Source: Octopus sinensis
Taxonomy: Eukaryota
NCBI RefSeq assembly: GCF_006345805.1
Contig: NC_043012.1
Location: 15,252,001 to 15,316,000 of the forward strand
Reading direction: 5' to 3'
Length of the DNA stretch: 64,000 bases
In this document: in pieces, positions 62,181 through 64,000 of the stretch
How the letters are laid out: the number at the start of each line of letters is the position of its first letter
How positions within the stretch are numbered: the first letter of the stretch is position 1
The notes under the pieces: model-generated
Seen by the model: the letters and a program-made list of their open reading frames with translations, nothing else
The model's database searches: none
Told to the model about the DNA's origin: nothing
Program-made: the position numbers and the translations under genes

Positions 62181-63471
62181 CGAGGGGCGTTCAATAAGTA
62201 ATACCCCTGACCCACTTCCCATAGCAGTAGAGCAACGAAACTTGGCACAGTTATTAGTCTTTTTCTATATAGGAACCATCCAGAGTTACGCATTTCTACC
62301 ATCGTTTGATGCAGCTCTGGAGACCGTTTTTGTAGAAGACCCCAGCTTGGCCCTCCAATCTGAACGTGACTTCAGAAATCAAGGCTGCATCATCTGGGAA
62401 ACACTTTCCTTTCAAAAACAACTTCATGATTGGGAAGAGGTGAAAATCAGAGGGTGCAAGGTCAGGAAAGTAGGAGGGATGGGGAGGAGTTCATAGCCAT
62501 ACACCTGTGCTTCTGATCTGGCGACAAGCGAGTTGTGGACCGGAGCGTTGTCCTGCAGGAGGAGGATGCCTTTGCTGATCTTGCCCCGCCTCGTGATTTT
62601 GATAACTTCTCTTAATTTCCTCAAAAGTGAAGCATAATAGGCTCCTGCAATTGTGGTACCCTTTGCCAGGAAATCTGTCATCACTACTCCGTCCTGGTCC
62701 CAGAAGACTGTGAGCATGACCTTGCCAGCGGAGGGCTGCACCCTTGCCTTCTTTGGAGGGGGTGAGTCACGGTGCTTCCACTGCATTGACTGGGCTTTGG
62801 TCTCTGGATCATCGTGATGGACCCAGGTTTCATCCTGTATAATCAGTCTTTTGAAAAATTTTGACTCATCTTCTTGGCACATCTCCAAATTCACCCTCGA
62901 GCACTCGACGCGTTCCTGCTTCTGGAAAGGCATGAGCAACCTGGGAATCCATCTGGCAGACACCTGTTGCATATGCAAATGGTCATGAATGATAGTTTCC
63001 ACAGACCCGGTACTAATCTTGACCTCATGGGCTATTTGGCGAATAATTATGTGTCGATCTTCCAAAATTGCAGCCTCAACTTGACAGACAGATGCCTCAT
63101 CAATGGCAGAAGGGGGCGACCAGATCTGGGAACTGTTTCCACAGAGTTCCGACCATGTTTGAATTCACGATGCCAGCGTTTTACAAGGTCATATGATGGG
63201 GCATCATCACCATAAGTTACTTTCATTTCATCAAAAGGCTCCCGTGGTGTGCGTCCTTTCAAATACAAAAACCGGATCACTGCTCGGCACTCAACAGGCT
63301 CCATTTCACACTTGACTCGGTTCAAACACCTGTAAATCAGAAACCATAATTAATTCAGAGCTGTAATTTGCCACTTACTCTATAGAGATATAAATGATTG
63401 CACATGCAAAATTTCAGCTAGATCAAACAACTGCAAGTGGGTCAGAGGCATTACTTATTGAACGTCCCTCG
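62181..63471 (-). mobile_element. Full-length mariner DNA transposon (about 1.29 kb), decayed
   Basis: TA target duplication; TIRs CGAGGGGCGTTCAATAAGTAAT.. / ..ATTACTTATTGAACGTCCCTCG; internal transposase. Confidence 0.95.
62254..63304 (-). pseudogene. Mariner (DD34D-type) transposase pseudogene
   Basis: MEPVECRAVIRFL.. HTH; SARWIPRLL; DETW, QDNAP and (after a frameshift) FPDLAPSDF. At least two frameshifts and a premature TAG. Confidence 0.92.
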
Positions 63472-63769
63472 TATAATGGTATTGGCACCTAGACTTGGTT
63501 TTAAATTCTTGTACTTAATTTAAGGCTTTAATTGTTGATTGGGCAGAATCATTGAGTGGGGGTCAGATAGGGACCTTGTAGTAATTATTCTGATCTTTTA
63601 TCTTTTACTTGTTTTAATCATTAGACTGTGGTCATGCTGGGGCACTGCCTCGAATTTTTTTAGTTAAATGAATTGGTCTCAGGACTTATATATACTTTAA
63701 ACCTGGTATTTATTCTATTGATCTCTTTTGCTGAACCATTAAGTTACAGGCATGTAAATACACCGTCAG

Positions 63770-64000
63770 AGGAGGCACATGGCCTAGTGGTTAGAGCAGC
63801 GGACTCGTGGTCGAGGGATCGCGGGTTCGAATCTCAGACTGGGCAGTGTGTGTGTTTATGAGTGAAACACCTAAGCTCTACGCGGCTCCGGCAGAAGGTA
63901 ATGGCGAACTTTGCTGACTCTTTCGCCACAATTTTCTCTCACTCTTTCCTCCTGCATCTTGCAACTCACCTGCGATGGACCGGCGTCTCGTCCAGGTGGG
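63770..64000 (+). mobile_element. tRNA-derived SINE, runs off the window
   Basis: TGGCCTAGTGGTTAGAGC A box and GGTTCGAATCT B box followed by a non-tRNA body. Confidence 0.75.

Noticed and set aside
62113-62496. 127-aa plus-strand ORF as a CLUAP1 continuation
   Set aside because: It is the antisense frame of the mariner transposase, with no CLUAP1 similarity.
63775-63850. tRNA-like sequence with A and B boxes
   Set aside because: No closable acceptor stem and it continues into a repeat body, so it is a SINE head. The same applies to the other SINE heads.

Overview
AT-rich, repeat-dense animal genomic DNA. The SINE/LINE families and long (TA)n tracts resemble an octopus-type cephalopod genome (inference). 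Three spliced genes can be rebuilt by hand with consistent GT-AG sites and reading phases. (1) The last three coding exons of a Bax-like Bcl-2 family gene (+, 3202-11022: BH3, atypical BH1, BH2, TM tail). (2) A complete 10-exon UBL7 gene (-, 42051-22378, 333 aa, UBL to UBA). (3) The first nine coding exons of CLUAP1/IFT38 (+, 47038-62102, continuing past the window), head-to-head with UBL7. Introns hold tRNA-derived SINEs, RTE and CR1 LINE fragments, several MITE families, two non-autonomous Helitrons and a decayed full-length mariner. The most unusual signals are structural. Host-gene sequence copied in inverted orientation onto the 5' ends of truncated LINEs gives an antisense copy of UBL7 exon 8 plus its splice donor, and an inverted repeat bracketing the BH3 exon. 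A 460-bp palindrome carries a U3-A8 minimal hammerhead motif, and a tRNA-headed element carries a hammerhead core. Most ORFs in the supplied track are microsatellite or repeat artefacts. All coordinates and identities were counted by eye.
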